Of a DNA stretch of 64,000 bases, positions 61,996 through 64,000 are shown piece after piece. The stretch spans positions 127,598,001-127,662,000 of the forward strand of contig NW_024704742.1 in the NCBI RefSeq assembly GCF_018977255.1, given 5' to 3'. The translations under genes and the position numbers were made by a program. The notes beneath the pieces are model-generated. The model did no database searches. It was not told the origin of the DNA and saw only the letters and a program-made list of their open reading frames with translations. The stretch comes from Callorhinchus milii. Taxonomy: Eukaryota. How positions within the stretch are numbered: position 1 is the first letter of the stretch; every line of letters starts with the position of its first letter.

Positions 61996-64000
61996 TTCAT
62001 CTTTGAGACATGACCCCACCTGAAAGGCACTTTGTGAAAGCAAATTGTTGTTGTTTCCAGGTGATTTTATATTTTGGATTTAGTAAAAAAGCTTTTTTTT
62101 ACAAGAAATGAAGAATGAACAGGACACGCTGTGCCATTAAGTAAGATCACAGGTCTTTCATTGCGTCTTCAGAGGAGGTGTGTTCTGGAGCTCCAATTCT
62201 ATGTGCCTGGCAGGTTACTTCTCAGTCTATTCTCAGTCTCATGTCATGGTTACACACTTGTACATAAAACCATAGAACCATAGAAATTGACAGCACAGAA
62301 GAAGACCATGTGGCCCAGTGTGTCTGTGCTGGCTCTTTTAAGAGCAATCTTTTTTTTCAGTGCCATTTAGCTGCCCTTTTCCCATACCCCTGTAGTTTAC
62401 AACACCACATATCCCTCTAATGAAACTAGAGTTTGCATTGCTGTTCATCAGTAATCATATTGATGGCTCTACTTCTTGCAACCTGCAGCATGTGGTGGTG
62501 AATCTACTGTCTTTGATGTGTTTTGCTGCGTTTTTTTTCATCTCTGTTAGAAGTTTAAACATGTTTGATACAATACAGCAAGTTGGCATTGGTTTGTGGA
62601 GAGAAAAGGCTTGAGTGTGGAGAAAAAAATAATTTCCAGTTATATATATTTTCTCATATTCCCGTAGAGGAGAATTTCCTTTTCAAAAACTTCAGCACTC
62701 AGCCCGAGTCCCTTAACTGTGATTCACAGCGGGGAGCTATCACGTGTGAGTCACTTGCTGTTACAATAACTTTGTTGCTCTCCTTAGTGGGACATTCCAT
62801 TACAAGCGTGCAATGAAATATTCACCATAACTAGGCAACAACGGACGACAACCCCTGTAGTTTTGCTTTTTAATTGACGGATACTATAATCATAGCCTTT
62901 GGCTCCTAACAAAATAGCCAACATCTGTATTAAGACACTCCTTCCTAATGAAATCCTATTAGCCTTGTTGAGAACTATTACTGAGTAATGTAGAACTACT
63001 GCATTCAGATTGAATAACACATTTTTGTTAAAGGTAGTTGTTCTTCTCACACCACCACCAAAAAACCTGAATTATTCCCAGCTTCCAGCTATCCATTACA
63101 CAGCCTCTAAGGATTTCACATTTCCTCTATTAACTCACTGGAGGTAAAGTTTGCAGCATTTCAAAACTATTGCTGGCATTAACTATTGCCCCCAGGTGGT
63201 AGTACATATGGGTTCCCCATTATTCAGCTCTCCACCATTTTTATTTCATTCTGAAGCGACCATTTCTCATGTTGCAAATTGTAGATCCTAGAGCAATTTC
63301 TAAGTTTTTTTTGTTTAATATTTATTTTTCAGAGTAGATCTGTCGAGGAGGCACCAAATGGGCGAAAAAATCATGTTTTTACAAACCGAGTAGGATAAGC
63401 CCTCAAGCCCCCTGACTTTCGAAATAAAAATGGGTGGCAACAACGGACGAAAACCCCTGTAGTTTTGCTTTTTAATTGACGGATACTATAATCATAGCTG
63501 GATTTGAAAGAGAGAAATAAGTATTTCAACTTGTGAGTATAAACACTGGCATAGACTAGTTGGGCCAAATGGCTGGTTTCCATGCTGTATAATCTAAATA
63601 TATCTTGTGAGTGCCCACAAAATACACACTTTACAATATATCCTGTGAAGCATTTTGAGCTGTCTTGACAACATGATAAAGTGCTATATCAAATGCAAGG
63701 ATTATTATTATTTATTATTGTGTAAAATGTTTCTCTCAGTTGGATCCAAGGAACTAATGACCCAGAATTTCATCTTGTCTTAGTGAATAAGACGATTTTG
63801 TGTTTAGATTTAAGATAACAGATAATTGCGGAAACCTCTTTACTTCAGCATTACTTCGGAAGCAGTCTTTCTGCTGTTGTGAAAATGTAACCAGCTTCTA
63901 CATTAAGACCAAATTTAAGTTTCTACAAATCTTTATAATCCTAAATATTAAGGCCATATTGTCTCAAATGCTAAAACTAGGTGGAACTAGGGAAGGTAGA

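Overview
This is a vertebrate genomic window, AT-rich and repeat-dense, with no protein-coding exon I can recognise. It reads as intronic or intergenic DNA. The repeat inventory points to a cartilaginous fish, probably a holocephalan such as elephant shark; this is an inference from the repeat families, not a database result. Contents: many 5'-truncated L2 and CR1 LINE fragments; two abundant tRNA-derived SINE families sharing a Deu-like central domain and an L2-type 3' tail; a Penelope-like element (31.4-32.3 kb) with a decayed GIY-YIG remnant between inverted repeats, each carrying a minimal hammerhead ribozyme motif; foldback MITE relics; micro/minisatellites; and repeat-free islands that may be conserved non-coding elements. 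Most ORFs in the track are LINE debris or chance ORFs. The most interesting items are the Penelope hammerhead pair, inversion-type L2 and SINE insertions, candidate + strand microexons, a possible alternative-promoter/first-exon island at 46-48.4 kb and a pre-miRNA-like hairpin. I found no convincing new multi-gene system. Repeat boundaries were read by eye and are approximate.
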